DNA of 64,000 nt. Origin: Hemiscyllium ocellatum. Lineage: Eukaryota. Numbering within the stretch: position 1 is the stretch's first letter; each line of letters opens with the position of its first letter. A program made the translations under genes and the position numbers. The stretch is from contig NW_026867533.1 in the NCBI RefSeq assembly GCF_020745735.1, positions 62,001-126,000 on the forward strand, given 5' to 3'. Positions 27,401 to 39,262 of this stretch are shown here, in pieces. A model generated the notes under the pieces. It was not told the origin of the DNA. It searched no databases and saw nothing but the letters and a program-made list of their open reading frames with translations.

Positions 27401-28502
27401 ATTATTCTAATTTATTGTTCTAATTTTAATGGATTGCCCATAATTAGATTTGACCTTGGTGTTGTAGGAAACATTTCCCATCATCGTGGAGAGATAAGCG
27501 TTTTATGAGCAACTCTTCTGTTGCAGTGATAGAATTTCTGTCTCTGAGAGAAAAGGCGTGAGTTCAAATCCCCACTGCCCCAGAGATAACATTTCTGAAT
27601 ATGTTTATTAGAAAATGTCTACTTGTGTTCTGTCTGTGAAACAAAATGATATCAGGTATTCGAAAACCAGAATTGATCCCATGTGCTCCAGAAAACTGAG
27701 ACAAAACTGTGGAATTCAAACCGGGACGATGCAAACACCAGTTTTGGATTATGGGAATCGATGTTAATCATTTGTTAACAGAGCCAAGCATGTCCAACAT
27801 GTTTCAAAGGTATTATTTTGCATGGAAATGTTCAATCTTTGGACAGTAAGCAAGAAGCTGACTGTTCCTGTTAGTAACTGGGTTACATTACAGAGGACAT
27901 CAACCATGAAAACTCTGCACAGGGAGCAAGAGGACAGACCATTCATCGTTCCCCTCCCCTCTGCTCCACGACAACTTATCTGTCGATTCTCTTTGGTGTG
28001 AAAGTGAAGATACATTCTGTCAACTCATGCGCTGGCGCAAGATCCCTGGCAGTTCCCCAGAAACAAAGGTTACATTCAAACTGTTCTGCACTCTTTACGA
28101 TTGGTATGTTCCAATCAAATTTAATTTTAAAGTGCCTTAAATTTACATTTCCTATTGGTGCAATGTGGCAGTTGAAAACTGACATGAATTTTGTAAGAAT
28201 GTCCAATCAGGGGAATCAAGAACACCAAGTTCAAAACTCGTGCTCTACCCTTGACATAAAATGGACAGTGTCAGATTTCGTCACAGAGGGATTTAGGATG
28301 GATAAGGGACTTGGCGGAATCCTGCAATGAGTGAGCTTTACTCTGTCTCTGACCCAGGGTGTATCTGAGCAGAGAACATTAACTGCACAAGACACTTGTC
28401 CTAGACCTGTTAATAACCCACTTTAACTACACCGATGTAATGTAAGTCAGAGTGAGAAACAACTAATTCAGTATTTACCTCACAACTGGAGGGAAAAGAA
28501 AC

Positions 28503-28508
28503 TTTATT
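28503..28508 (-). terminator. AATAAA poly(A) signal for secretory mu mRNA
   Basis: AATAAA on the minus strand about 37 nt after the secretory stop codon. Confidence 0.75.
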
Positions 28509-28544
28509 ACTTCTGTTGAATTATTAAATGCAACTTTGAGATTT

Positions 28545-28936
28545 TTATTGACATGAATTAACAGTGTCCATCAGTGCAAGTGAAATGTTTACGAAACTCG
28601 GTTTACCGCTGGATTTATCGACTGTTCTGTTGATGATCTTCAATGGAATCGCTTCATGTCCCACCACACAGGAGTAAGAAGCACCGCTGGCCCACTCCTC
28701 CGCTGTAATGGATAACAGGCTGTAGATGAAGAAGGAAGTGTTGTCACTCTCCGCCATCACCTCGGTGTTCTTGTAGTTACTGGGATTCACCGGCTTGTCA
28801 TTGTTTGTCCACTTGACGAAGATCTCTCGGGGGGAGAAACCTCTCACTAAACAGGTGAGGGAGAGAAACCTCTGAGCGGAGATTTCTTCTGTTGGTGGCA
28901 GGAGGACCGACACTGATGGCTCCAGCGGATTAATCA
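28545..28936 (-). CDS. IGHM: IgM CH4 exon plus secretory tailpiece (internal donor at 28606 for the membrane form)
   Basis: Acceptor TGCAG|TG; [43 protein letters not shown]...[24 protein letters not shown]|GTAAA. Tail [19 protein letters not shown] has the NIS glycosylation site and penultimate Cys. Confidence 0.96.
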
Positions 28937-29391
28937 CTGCAGAATATTTGAGACAAATATAAATCAATCAAAAATATCCTGAACCAATATCACAATTTCA
29001 CTAAATATTAAAATATGCCATTTTTAATTTGGGATTTATTCACTTTCCTTTTCTAAAGGAGCAGTATGGTACACATTCTGTTCAGTAAAAAAAGTAAAGT
29101 TTAATGTGAAAGTTGCCTCCATGTTTCCAGCCCACAACAAGGGCATTCTGTCCAACTGTCATTGCTGATGGTGACATCACAACCCAGGTTTCTTCCCACC
29201 TTATCTGACTTAATCAGAATACAATATCCTTTGGTCCATCTTTTTCTTAATCAGCTACTTAGCTATCCTGCCTTCAGATGCATCATTAATGCTCCCAACG
29301 GTGTTTGTTCATTACCAATCAAAGCCTGCCATTGATGTAACTGGATCTGGATTCCACATGGGATGCTGTGTGTTTTAATCTCACCGCTCAC

Positions 29392-29700
29392 CTTTCTCCT
29401 TGTGGATGGAGTCTCTCAGCGGAGTCGGTAGATTCTGATGGTACACCACACATTCAAAAGTAACGCCACTCAGCCAGGCTTCAGTAGAAATGTCTAATTT
29501 GCTGATCATGCTGTCGGGATTCTGTCCAGGCTGGTCAGCAATCTCGGATTTCAGAGGCTTCTTTTCTTGTTTCCAGGTCACGTTGACTCCAGAAGGAAGA
29601 TTGGACACAACGCAGGTTAACGTCACTGTCGCCTCCAGTAAGACTTGTTCTACTGGCGGTGGGAGGATTTTAACGGTGTTAGGGTGGCACTCGGTATCTT
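29392..29700 (-). CDS. IGHM: IgM CH3 exon
   Basis: Acceptor TTCATAG|AA, 309 nt: [43 protein letters not shown]...[22 protein letters not shown], donor G|GTGAGC. Confidence 0.95.
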
Positions 29701-30709
29701 CTATGAAACAAAAATCAAAGTCAATGAAAAATGCCCCTTTATGATACAAACACCCAATCTTCAGATTACTTCTTCACAGGGTGAAGACACCACCTTGAAA
29801 ATGGCAACTCCAACCACTGCTGAAACAATGCTTACTATTGTTGATGTATTTTGATTTGTGAAAGCATTTGTGATTACCTATGACATACCCTGTGTCATTA
29901 TTCCTAAAGAACACTGGCTTTGTAACAAGTGACACCTGTGAAAAAAGTAAAATCATCGAAGATACCATTATGTAACCCATGGAATTACCTTTCTTTCAGA
30001 GTTTATCTCTCGCTTAAGACCATCTATTGATACTTGGGACAAGAGTAATCTGAATATAATGAGCTCAATTCCATGTTCATAACCCTTAGGTGCAAGTGCT
30101 GCTGGTCACGCTGACTGCCAAATCACAGCCCAAATTTCGGACAAATTATAATAAATAATAATTATTCTCTTTGCAGAGTTCTAAAGTGTTACAGGAGCGG
30201 TGAATATCCATGGAAATTCTGTTCATTATATTTAACGTGATCAAAAGTACTTTGCGTTATTGGTGTGATGTCATTCTCTAATTTATGTCATTGTTCTTCG
30301 TGGGCTGAGTTTGGAGTAGATCTGAAAACAAGACACTGAGTACAGCATTGGATATCGAGAAGGACACCCATCTCCTTAAGTCTTTCCCTCCATTCAGTTC
30401 GTTCATGACTGGTCTGTACTTTCACTTTATTTACCAAGCTGCATTTTTTAATTTATTCATAGAGCAGGGGAGAAAAAAAACCAAACAAAAGCATCTTAAA
30501 TTAATCTACAAATGTGATGGAAATGTACACTAATTTTATAGACATCCACTACCCACTGTGTAAACATCGCCACCCCAAACCAGGCTAAATCAGCCTGTCT
30601 CGAGTTCCTCGTTCATTCATCCCTATTGGAGCATTCTTACCAGAATTTATTCTCCTCCCTCACCCTCTACTTACAGAGAGCATCTTAAAGAAGCTCAGTG
30701 AGATCAGAA

Positions 30710-30792
30710 TGATGCTGGAAAAGCACAGCAGGTCAGGCAGCATCCAACGAGCAGGAAAATCGACGTTTCGGGCTAAAGCCATTCTACTGTCT
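30710..30792 (-). mobile_element. Single-arm pLTR copy in the CH2-CH3 intron; hammerhead core mutated
   Basis: Minus strand CAGTAGAATGGCTTTAGCCCGAAACGTCGATTTTCC; CTGAAGA is changed to CAGTAGA. Confidence 0.65.
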
Positions 30793-31398
30793 TCTCCCCA
30801 CACTAAACAAGAGCCGAACTATCTCTGCCTTGAATATACACAATGGCCTGGTCTCAACAGCCTTCTGCAGCAACAAGTTCCACAGATTCATCACCCTCTG
30901 GCTGAAGAAATTCCTCCCCATCTCAGTTCTAAACGGTGCCCCTTTGACCCTGAGACTGTGCCCTTGGGTCCTAGTCTCGCCTACCAGTCAAAACATCTAT
31001 TCCACGTTCACTCGACGTCAGTCTCTTAGTATTTTTTATGTTTCAATTGGATATCTCTCCAATATCCCCCCTCCACCCCCAAACTTATCCTTGAAGCCAC
31101 TACCAGGCAAGGATTCAGCACTCTGAATGCCTCTCCCAGCATGGTCAGGCAACAAACTATTTAACAAAGCTCACTGTCTATATATCTATCTTCAACAGAG
31201 AGGAAACATGCTTTTCTGACTTGCCAAAATGTTGAATTATGAGCAATTCTAATGTAACACTCAAACTGAAATGAGATACGTGACATGTTGGGAAACGAGA
31301 AGCTGTGCCTTGCTGTTTACTACGCCTGATAAATTAGTGTGTTTGATTCACATCAGAGTTCAGAGTGATTTGTAGCTCTCTCAGCATGTGTCTCTTAC

Positions 31399-31710
31399 CC
31401 TGGAGTGCGGTGATGTTTTTACTTTGAACGTTCTCTTCATGAGTGACCTGGCAGGTATAGACTGCGCTGTTGTACCATTCACCATAAGGGACCATCAGCC
31501 GACTCGTCACCGAGAAGTTCCCGTTCGCCTCACACACGGGAGACGTGAAGAAGCCAGAATCCAAGAGTCGGCCATTTTTCAACCAACTCACGGAGATTGA
31601 CTTCGGATGGAAATCGATGATTGAACAGACAATGGTTGCAAACTTGCTGCTTGCGATTTCTTCACTGGAGCTCACAGTTAGGAGAAGAGTTGGTGGGAGA
31701 GGACCTGTAC
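31399..31710 (-). CDS. IGHM: IgM CH2 exon
   Basis: Acceptor CCTAAAG|GT, 312 nt: [47 protein letters not shown]...[20 protein letters not shown], donor G|GTAAGA. Confidence 0.95.
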
Positions 31711-31799
31711 CTTTAGGAAACACATCGCATAAATTATCTGATGAATTTCATAACAAATACAATCAGTTCTCATATATCAAGGTTTCTTGTGGTTAATGG

Positions 31800-34700
31800 A
31801 TACGAGAATCATAATTGTGCAGAGTGCTGGAGAAGCTGGGATCCACACAGAAAGATCAGCAGGACAATGTGAAAGGCTAAAATTATAGGACACAGCAAGG
31901 GAGTCAAGGAGGCATAGAAACGATAGGCCGGTAACATCAGAAGGGAGATAGCAACGTTGGATGGTATTCGTTTTAATGACAGAGTCTGATGAACAAGGCA
32001 GATGAAATACTGCCATAAATGAGGAAATGATGCGGTTGCTATCACGGAGATATATTGAGAGCGGGGCAGGAGTGGCTATTCAATATTCCAGGATTTAGTG
32101 CCTTCAGGCGAGACAGGGAAAGATGGAAAAGGATAGGGGTGGGGGTTTGCGGCACAGAATGTTGCTTCAGTCGCAATTCTGACAAGAGTATTTTAGGCTG
32201 TAAAGAGAAATGAAATCATGGATACATCTTCGAACAAAGGCAAATGGACAGTACTTCAAAACCAAAATACAGCAAACATAACTACTGGGAGAGCACGATA
32301 GACCTTACTATAGGTTCAAAAGACCAAGTGCAAAGACATGGGCAAATTTCAGAGAAATGTTAATTAAATAGGGGAATGAGAAAAGAGGTTTTTGACTTCC
32401 TCAGAATAGGCTTGGATATTCATTGTGTCAAAAGTTTAGAGGGAGCACAATTCTGAAAATGCCCCCAGGAGAATATTGTAACAAAGTATGTGTTAATACA
32501 GAGAATTTTAATCCAGACCTTGCAAGAAAGGGGTGAACCTGGACTTAACTTTTGGAAATGAAGTCGACCCAGTGGGTCATCAATGGTGGTGCACTTTGCA
32601 GACAGTGATCGTAAATCAGTTGGATTTCAGATTGTACTGCAAAGGAATAGAAATTGTCCCAAAGTTCTGAAAAGGGGAAGGACAATTTTAGTAAGATCAG
32701 GTAATGACTTAACCAGAGTGGACTGGAAGCTGACACTTATTGGTAAATCTGAGTCAGAGCAGTGTGACACATTTAAGGAAGAGATAGGAAAATCACAGGG
32801 AGGACATTTCCCAGGAAGCCACTGAATGGGACCAAGAATGTAGCGGGCTCTGGACACCAAAGGGCATGGAGGGTGAGATAAAGAGAAACAAGGGAGGCTT
32901 CCGGTCTATACTGAAATCTCAAAACAGTAGAAATTAGTCTGGAGTACAGGACGTGCAAGGGGAAAGGAATTAGAAGAGCAAAAAGGGACCATGAGAAAAT
33001 AATAGCAGTCAAAATAAAGGAAAATATTTTTAAAAGTTACAGGTTCATTCATAATAAAAGAATGATTTGGGAAACAGTAATGCCCATTAAGTGTTATTAT
33101 TGGAGTGGAGTCGGAGGATTAGGTTGTGGTCAAAACGAATGTGTTGCGTCGGTGTTCACTAGTAAGACGGACAATGTGGGGACAGAAATCATGGAGGGGT
33201 GTTGTGATGTACTTTCAGAAATTAGGACACATGACGTGATGTTCTGTGTTGTCTTGCTGAATGAAAAGTGGTTATATTTCCAGGGCAGATGAAAAGTATA
33301 CCGAGCGGTTGAGTGATGCAAAGGATGAAATAGTTGGGTCACTGACAATAATTTAGAATTACTGTCTGGCCACAGCAGTTGTGCCAAGTGAGTGTAGATC
33401 AGCCAACGTTGCACTGTTACGCAGGACAAAGGAAGGGATAAATAATGTAAACACAGATCTGTCAAGCTAGTCACAGTGGTAGGGAAACTATTGAAAAGTG
33501 AAATTAGTCTTCATTTGGAAGATAAATCAACAATTTTCAGCACGGTTTTATTGAGAGAAAGTCATGTGTAACAATTTGATAGTAGTTTTCAGAGAGATAA
33601 CTTGATGTCCAGATGATAGCAATAATCAGAGCCAATGGGATCCGAGTTATTTTGACAGATTGGATCTCGAACTGGCTGAGTGATGGGAGCAGGGGATAAT
33701 AGTCATCAGCTGTCTGTGTGACTGGAAATCTATATCTCCTGGTGTTCTGTAGGGATTGGTGTTGATTTCCTTGCTATTTCTCTTACATACCAATGATTGA
33801 GACTCAAATTTAGGAGGATTAACCAGTGAATTCACAGATGAAATGAAAACTGTCATGTTGGTAAGTCATGAGCATTATGGCTTTAGATTGCAGGAGGATA
33901 TAAAAGGGTTGGTTGTATGTGAAGAGAAGTTGCAAATGGAAATTATTCTGGATAAATGTAAGGTGATGTAATTCGGCAGAAGAATCTGTGAGGTATGACA
34001 TTTTGAATGGTGGAACCCTGGAAAGGCCTGAGGATCTTTGGTGCATGTACCCACCGATCCCCTATAGTACTGTGTCGTCTGGATAAAGAGACTAAGAAGG
34101 TGGGAGGATATTTGCTTTTATTAGCCTAGACATTGACAATGAAGAATAGGGATATGATACTGGAACTTAATAGAACACTGGTTAGGCCATACTGAAGCGT
34201 TGTGTGCATGTTATCGAAGGAATATGATTACACTGAAGGCAGTATTGATTAGATTTGCCAGGATCTTGCCTGGGTTGGAGGGTTTTAGTTATGAAACTAG
34301 ATGAGATAGACAGGGGTTTTCCTTGAAGCAGAGGAGAATTAGGGAGAAGATTATCATGATGTCTAGAATTATTTTAGGCATAGACTGGGTAAACTGGATC
34401 AAACCTTTCCCCTTGATGGAGAGATCAATGCCTCAGGGGCACAGGGCGAAGCTAAGGCCAGGAGGTTCCAAGTGGATCTCAGGGGAAAACAAAATCAAAC
34501 AGAGGGTGGTGTTAGCCTGGAGCTCAGCACCTATAAGTCATGTAGAAACTGAGCCCCTCATAATAAGTATGAAGTATTGAGATGCATCCTTGCAAGGGCA
34601 AGTCACACAAGGCAATGGATCATGTGCTGGCACATGGGACTGGAATAGTTAGGTGGCTGTTATTGATAGGCGTAAACTGGATGGATCAAAGGGCCTTTTT
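31800..34700 (+). mobile_element. Heavily decayed CR1 ORF2 filling most of the CH1-CH2 intron (antisense to IgM)
   Basis: Scattered CR1-type EN, RT and 3' motifs (e.g. CACGGTTTT...GAAAGTCATGT; GGATCAAAGGGCCTTTTTCCTGTGCTGTATA at the 3' end); no long ORF. Confidence 0.65.
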
Positions 34701-34800
34701 CCTGTGCTGTATAAGGTGATTCTGTGAAAATGGTTATAAATAATGCCTTATTCATATTAATCCCAGATGCTCTGTTTATCTCAGTTCCCACAATACGTAC

Positions 34801-35109
34801 CACATGGCATTTCTTTGCTCTTGTGTGAGTGTGACCCGCTGTGTTCAACCTCACAGTAGATTTTGCTGGGGCAATCTACCGCTGACCCGGGCAGGGTTAA
34901 CTGGCTGCTCAGGGTGTAGGTTCCCTTCTTGTTTCTCACTGATGGGTAAGTCTTCAATCCATCCGTGATTAGCTCCCCACCTTTCTTCCAGGTTACCTTG
35001 GTGACATCAGGGGAATAGTCCATCACCAAACAACCAAAGATTGTCGAATCGGTGTTGTGCTCCTCACAGGAGGAGACCAGGCCATAAAGCGTGGGGGGAG
35101 ATGGTGTCT
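34801..35109 (-). CDS. IGHM: IgM CH1 exon
   Basis: Acceptor TTGTAG|AG, 309 nt: [43 protein letters not shown]...[20 protein letters not shown], donor G|GTACGT. Ig C1-set Cys/Trp/Cys plus the N-terminal Cys expected for light-chain pairing. Confidence 0.95.
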
Positions 35110-35446
35110 CTACAATAGAATGACTAATTGAGCATGTTAGTTTCTATTAATTTGACCTTATCAGTTACTCAAATGTATCCTCAGCTGTCACCATTTGCCA
35201 GTATGCTCCCGCTGAAGTCTACAGCATAACTGGAGTTTATTTTTGTTTCCTACCAGTTGCTGATCATGATCATTGGTTCCCTCTTTAGAAACATGCCCTC
35301 GACCTTGACCATTGCCATATCATTTAGGAAGAAGAACATCCTGATCCCACCCCAGTAACTGTTTGAAGATCTCACCAACTGACACTTTCATTGGATTGCT
35401 GTGAAGAGCAGAGAAGTTTCACAAAATACAAACCAAGGAAATGCAG

Positions 35447-35771
35447 ATTCATCGAAATTCTACAGTGTGTGCGACCAGGCCATTTGGACCAACAAGTCCA
35501 CACCCACCCTCTGAAAAGAAACACATCCAGACCCATTCCCCTACCCTATTATGCTACAGTTAACACTGACTAATGCACCTAACCTCCCAATCACTGAACA
35601 CAACATTTGCAATTCCCCCTGCTTGTACAGGTTTGGACTGTGGGAGAAAATGCACACAGATATGGGGAGGAAGTGCCAACTCCACACAGACAGTCACCCG
35701 AGCCTGGAATGGAACCCGAGTCCCTAGCACTGTGAGGCAGCAGCGCTAACCACAGAACCAGTGTGCCGCCC
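35447..35771 (-). mobile_element. HE1-type tRNA-derived SINE
   Basis: Minus strand GGGCGGCACAC..GGTTAGCGCTGCTGCCTCACAGTGCTAGGGACTCGGGTTCC..TGTGTGGAGTTGGCAC..TTGTTGGTCCAAATGGCC. Confidence 0.8.
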
Positions 35772-35837
35772 TACTAGGTACCCTGCTGCTGGAAATACCC
35801 AACAGCTGGCAGTACCCCCGGAGAGAAATCAGAGTGA

Positions 35838-38075
35838 ATCATAGAACATAGAACAGTACAGCACAGTACAGGCCTTTTGGCCCTCGATGTTGCGCTGCTC
35901 TGACATACTAATATGAAGCCCATCCCACCTACACTATTCCATGTACATCCATATGCCTGTCCAATGACAACTTAAATGTATTTAAACTTGGCAAATCGAC
36001 GACCGTTGCAGGCAAAGCATTCCACACCCTTACTACACAATCAGTAAAGAAACTACCTCTGCCATCTGTCTTATACCTATCTCCCCTCACTTTAAAGTTG
36101 TGTCCCCTCGTGTTTGCCGTCCCCATACTTGGAAATCAGGTCCAGTGAGCCTTCCTCACTTATCACTGCAAGGCAGAATGTTCTCTCTGGGAGGAAGGTC
36201 ACTGCAGCAGCAGCAGCAGCAGCAGCAGCAGCACAGGCAGGAGCTGAGCACTGGGACGGGGAGGATGGCTGTCACGGCTGAATTCAGGCCAATTGGCTGG
36301 AAGTTGAAACATCTCATTTACAATGATCTGAATTCTGGAGGCCTCTGAAAAATGGAGAACCATTAAGATTCAGAGACTTTGGACTGTTACAGCTGAGTAT
36401 TTACGTAAATATGATTTGAGAAATGAACAAGTAATCTTTAACTTTAATAACTATCAAATTGATCCGCAGTTCACCACCAAACCTCATCTCTCAGACTAAC
36501 CACTGCACTTACTCTGCCTAGACCTAAATTTCCACTCACATTGACAAACCCTACCCTGCTATACACCCATTCATGCCCGGAACACACAAGCCCTATCACA
36601 CAAAACACATCCAAGGCAATCCATATTGGTAGTGTAGCTGAGCAGAGAGATCTCGGTTCCCATGTACATAGATCCCTAAAAGTTGCCAGCCAGTTTGATA
36701 GAGTTGTTAAGAAGGCATACTTTGTGCTGGCTTTCATCAATAGAGGGACTGAGTTTCAGAACCACGAGGTTAGGTTGCAGCTGTACAAAACTCTGGTGTG
36801 GCTGCACTTGGAGTATTGTGTACTGTTCTGGTCACCACATTATAGAGAGAATGTGGAAGCTTTGGAAGAGTTCAGAGGAGGTTTACCAGGATGTTGTTTG
36901 GTATGGCGGGAAGGTTTAATGAGGAAAGGATGAGGGTCTTGAAGCTGTTTTTGTTTGAGAGAAGAAGGTTGAGAGGTGACTTAATTGAGACATAAAAGAT
37001 AAACAGAGGGTGGACAGTGAAAGTCTTTTTCCTTGAATAGTGATGGCTAGCAGGAGAGGACATAGATGACAGAGGTTGTTTCTTTACTCAGAGAGTAGTA
37101 GGGCCATGGAACACACTGCCTGCAACAATAGTACACTCGCCAACTTTAAGGGCATTTAAAAGATCATTGGATAAACATATGGATGAAAATGGAATAGTGT
37201 AGGATAGATAGGCTTCAGATTGGTTCCACAGGTCAGCGCAACATTGAGGGCTTGAAGGGCCTGTACTGCACTGTAATGTTCTATATTCTATATTCCAGAT
37301 GGACATATGATCTCATTTCCTTTCAGTCATTTACACTCCTGCCACCCCGCACCTGGCCCATGGCGAATCTGGCCCTGACTGGACCTGGCACCATCATTTT
37401 CACAACCTCTGACAAAAGCCCACTACCCAAGACATGACCTCAGCCCTTGATCACTGACCTCTCATCTTACCCAAGACAACCTGTGCACATTGCATCCTAG
37501 CTCCGCTGGCATCTGTGCTTTACAACCTACCATTTTGCCAGACTCCGAGCTTTGCATTTTGACAACACGTCCACCTGTCATTTCATTCCAGTGACCTTCC
37601 ACCCCCGAAACATCCTGGCACTCTGCCCACCTCTACACAAACCAGCCTGGCAAAGACAGACCTCCTGCATTTCAGCTCAAACTACCCCTCACCTACCAAG
37701 CACAATTCGACCAAATTATCCTGTGACTATTACCATTTACCTTGATGCCACCTTTTGCCAGACAGAGTGCACGCAAGCTTACCCAGCAGCCAGCCAACCA
37801 GCCTCCCAGCCCAAACTCTCCCACATGCCCAATCTAGCCCCTCACTTGCTCACCACCTTCCAACTTTAAGCCTCCTCCACCATAAAGTCAGTGAGTCATA
37901 AAGTCGTAAAGCACAGAAACAGTTCCTTTGGTCCAGCCCAGCCATGCTGACCAGAGTTCCCAAATTAAACTCATTCCACTTGCCTGCCTTTGGCCCATAT
38001 CCATCCAGACCGATCCAGTTCCTGTAGCTGTTCAAATGTCTTCTCAATGTGGGACCTATCTCTGCACTTACCGCT
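35838..38075. mobile_element. Cluster of CR1 3' fragments in the J-CH1 intron (about 35838-36110 minus, 36625-37295 plus, 37895-38075 minus)
   Basis: ATAGAACATAGAAC tails; GSVAEQRDLG..LEYCVLFWSPHYR; RGHNFKVRG. Confidence 0.7.
36205..36231. repeat. (CAG)9 microsatellite
   Basis: Nine perfect CAG units. Confidence 0.95.
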
Positions 38076-38764
38076 TCCTCTGGCAGTTCATTCCAATGTT
38101 TTGGACAGTTACAACATGAAGCCCTAACTCCTGCACTCAGTGCTCTGACCAATGAAGGTACATGTGCCAAACACCTTCAACACACTAGGTACTTGAGACA
38201 ACGCTTTCAAGAATCGATGAGTCTTGAATCTATGAATTTCTGTGGTGGAGAATTCCAAAAGCATTCACCATTGTTTTGTTGAACAGGAAACAATCAGGTT
38301 CAATGTTATCGAGTGTTGGGAAGACTGGTGAGCAGCAAGATTAATGATGATCCCATGAATGGAATAGCCTTCTAGAGAGGCCGAGATGCCTTCTTCAGCT
38401 TCCATTTTGCATGCTGACATGTCCCTTCGGCAGCATGTTCCAAAATTGTGATCCTTGAGGATAAGGGCACACATGCATGTAAAGCTTTCCTCCAAATCAG
38501 ACTTCAGCTTGACTCTAAACTATTTCCCTGCCCGTTTCCTTTTCCTCAATCACAGCCATGGGACTCACTTCCTAACAGCGCTGTGAATGTGCTAATACCA
38601 CACAAACTTCAGCAATTCAAATAGACTGATGACAACTGGTTTCTCAAGGCGATATAAAAAGTCTGACACTTCCACACCTGTCTAGAGATTGAAACAACCA
38701 CTGGAAGAATTGAAAATTATTTGAGGCACTTGTGTGTCTACAAAAGATGACATGGTTTCCTTTT

Positions 38765-38968
38765 TTAAAAATCACACAACACCAGGTTATAGTCCAACAG
38801 GTTTAATTGGAAGCAAACTAGCTTTCGGAGTGACGCTCCACCATCACCTGATAAAGGAGCGTCGCTCCGAAAGCTAGTGTGTTTCCAATTAAACCTGTTG
38901 GACTATAACCTGGTGTTGTGCGGTTTTTAACTTTGTACACCCCAGTCCAACACCGGCACCTCCAAATC
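38765..38968. mobile_element. Fold-back PLE-derived element (75-bp arms) with a hammerhead-like core at 38845-38879 (+)
   Basis: Arms 38765-38839 and 38856-38930 are near-perfect inverted repeats. CAC-CTGATAA-A-GGAGC-GTC-GCTCC-GAAA-GC-TA-GTG, with G8 changed to A. Confidence 0.75.
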
Positions 38969-39067
38969 ATGGTCTTCTTTTTGTGTGATTTGACTGTGTT
39001 TTCACTGAATGAACAGAGCTATTTCTTCATCATATAATAGGAATGAAGCTTCCCTCATTTTTAACAA

Positions 39068-39262
39068 CTGCTGAAAATGTGTTGCTGGAAAAGCGCAGCA
39101 GGTCAGGCAGCATCCAAGGATCAGGCAGCATCCAAGGACCCTTCCTGAAGAAGGGTTCATGCCTGAAACATCGATTCTCCTGCTCCTTGGATGCTGCCTG
39201 ACCTGCTGCGCTTTTCCAGCAACACATTTTCAGCTCTGATCTCCAGTCCTCACTTCCTCCTC
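39068..39262. mobile_element. Fold-back PLE pLTR-derived element with a degenerate hammerhead at 39145-39172 (+)
   Basis: TGTGTTGCTGGAAAAGCGCAGCAGGTCAGGCAGCATCCAAGG and its reverse complement flank CTGAAGA-A-GGGT-TCAT-GCCT-GAAACATC. The left-arm hammerhead is missing; a short TCAGGCAGCATCCAAGGA duplication sits in its place. Confidence 0.75.
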
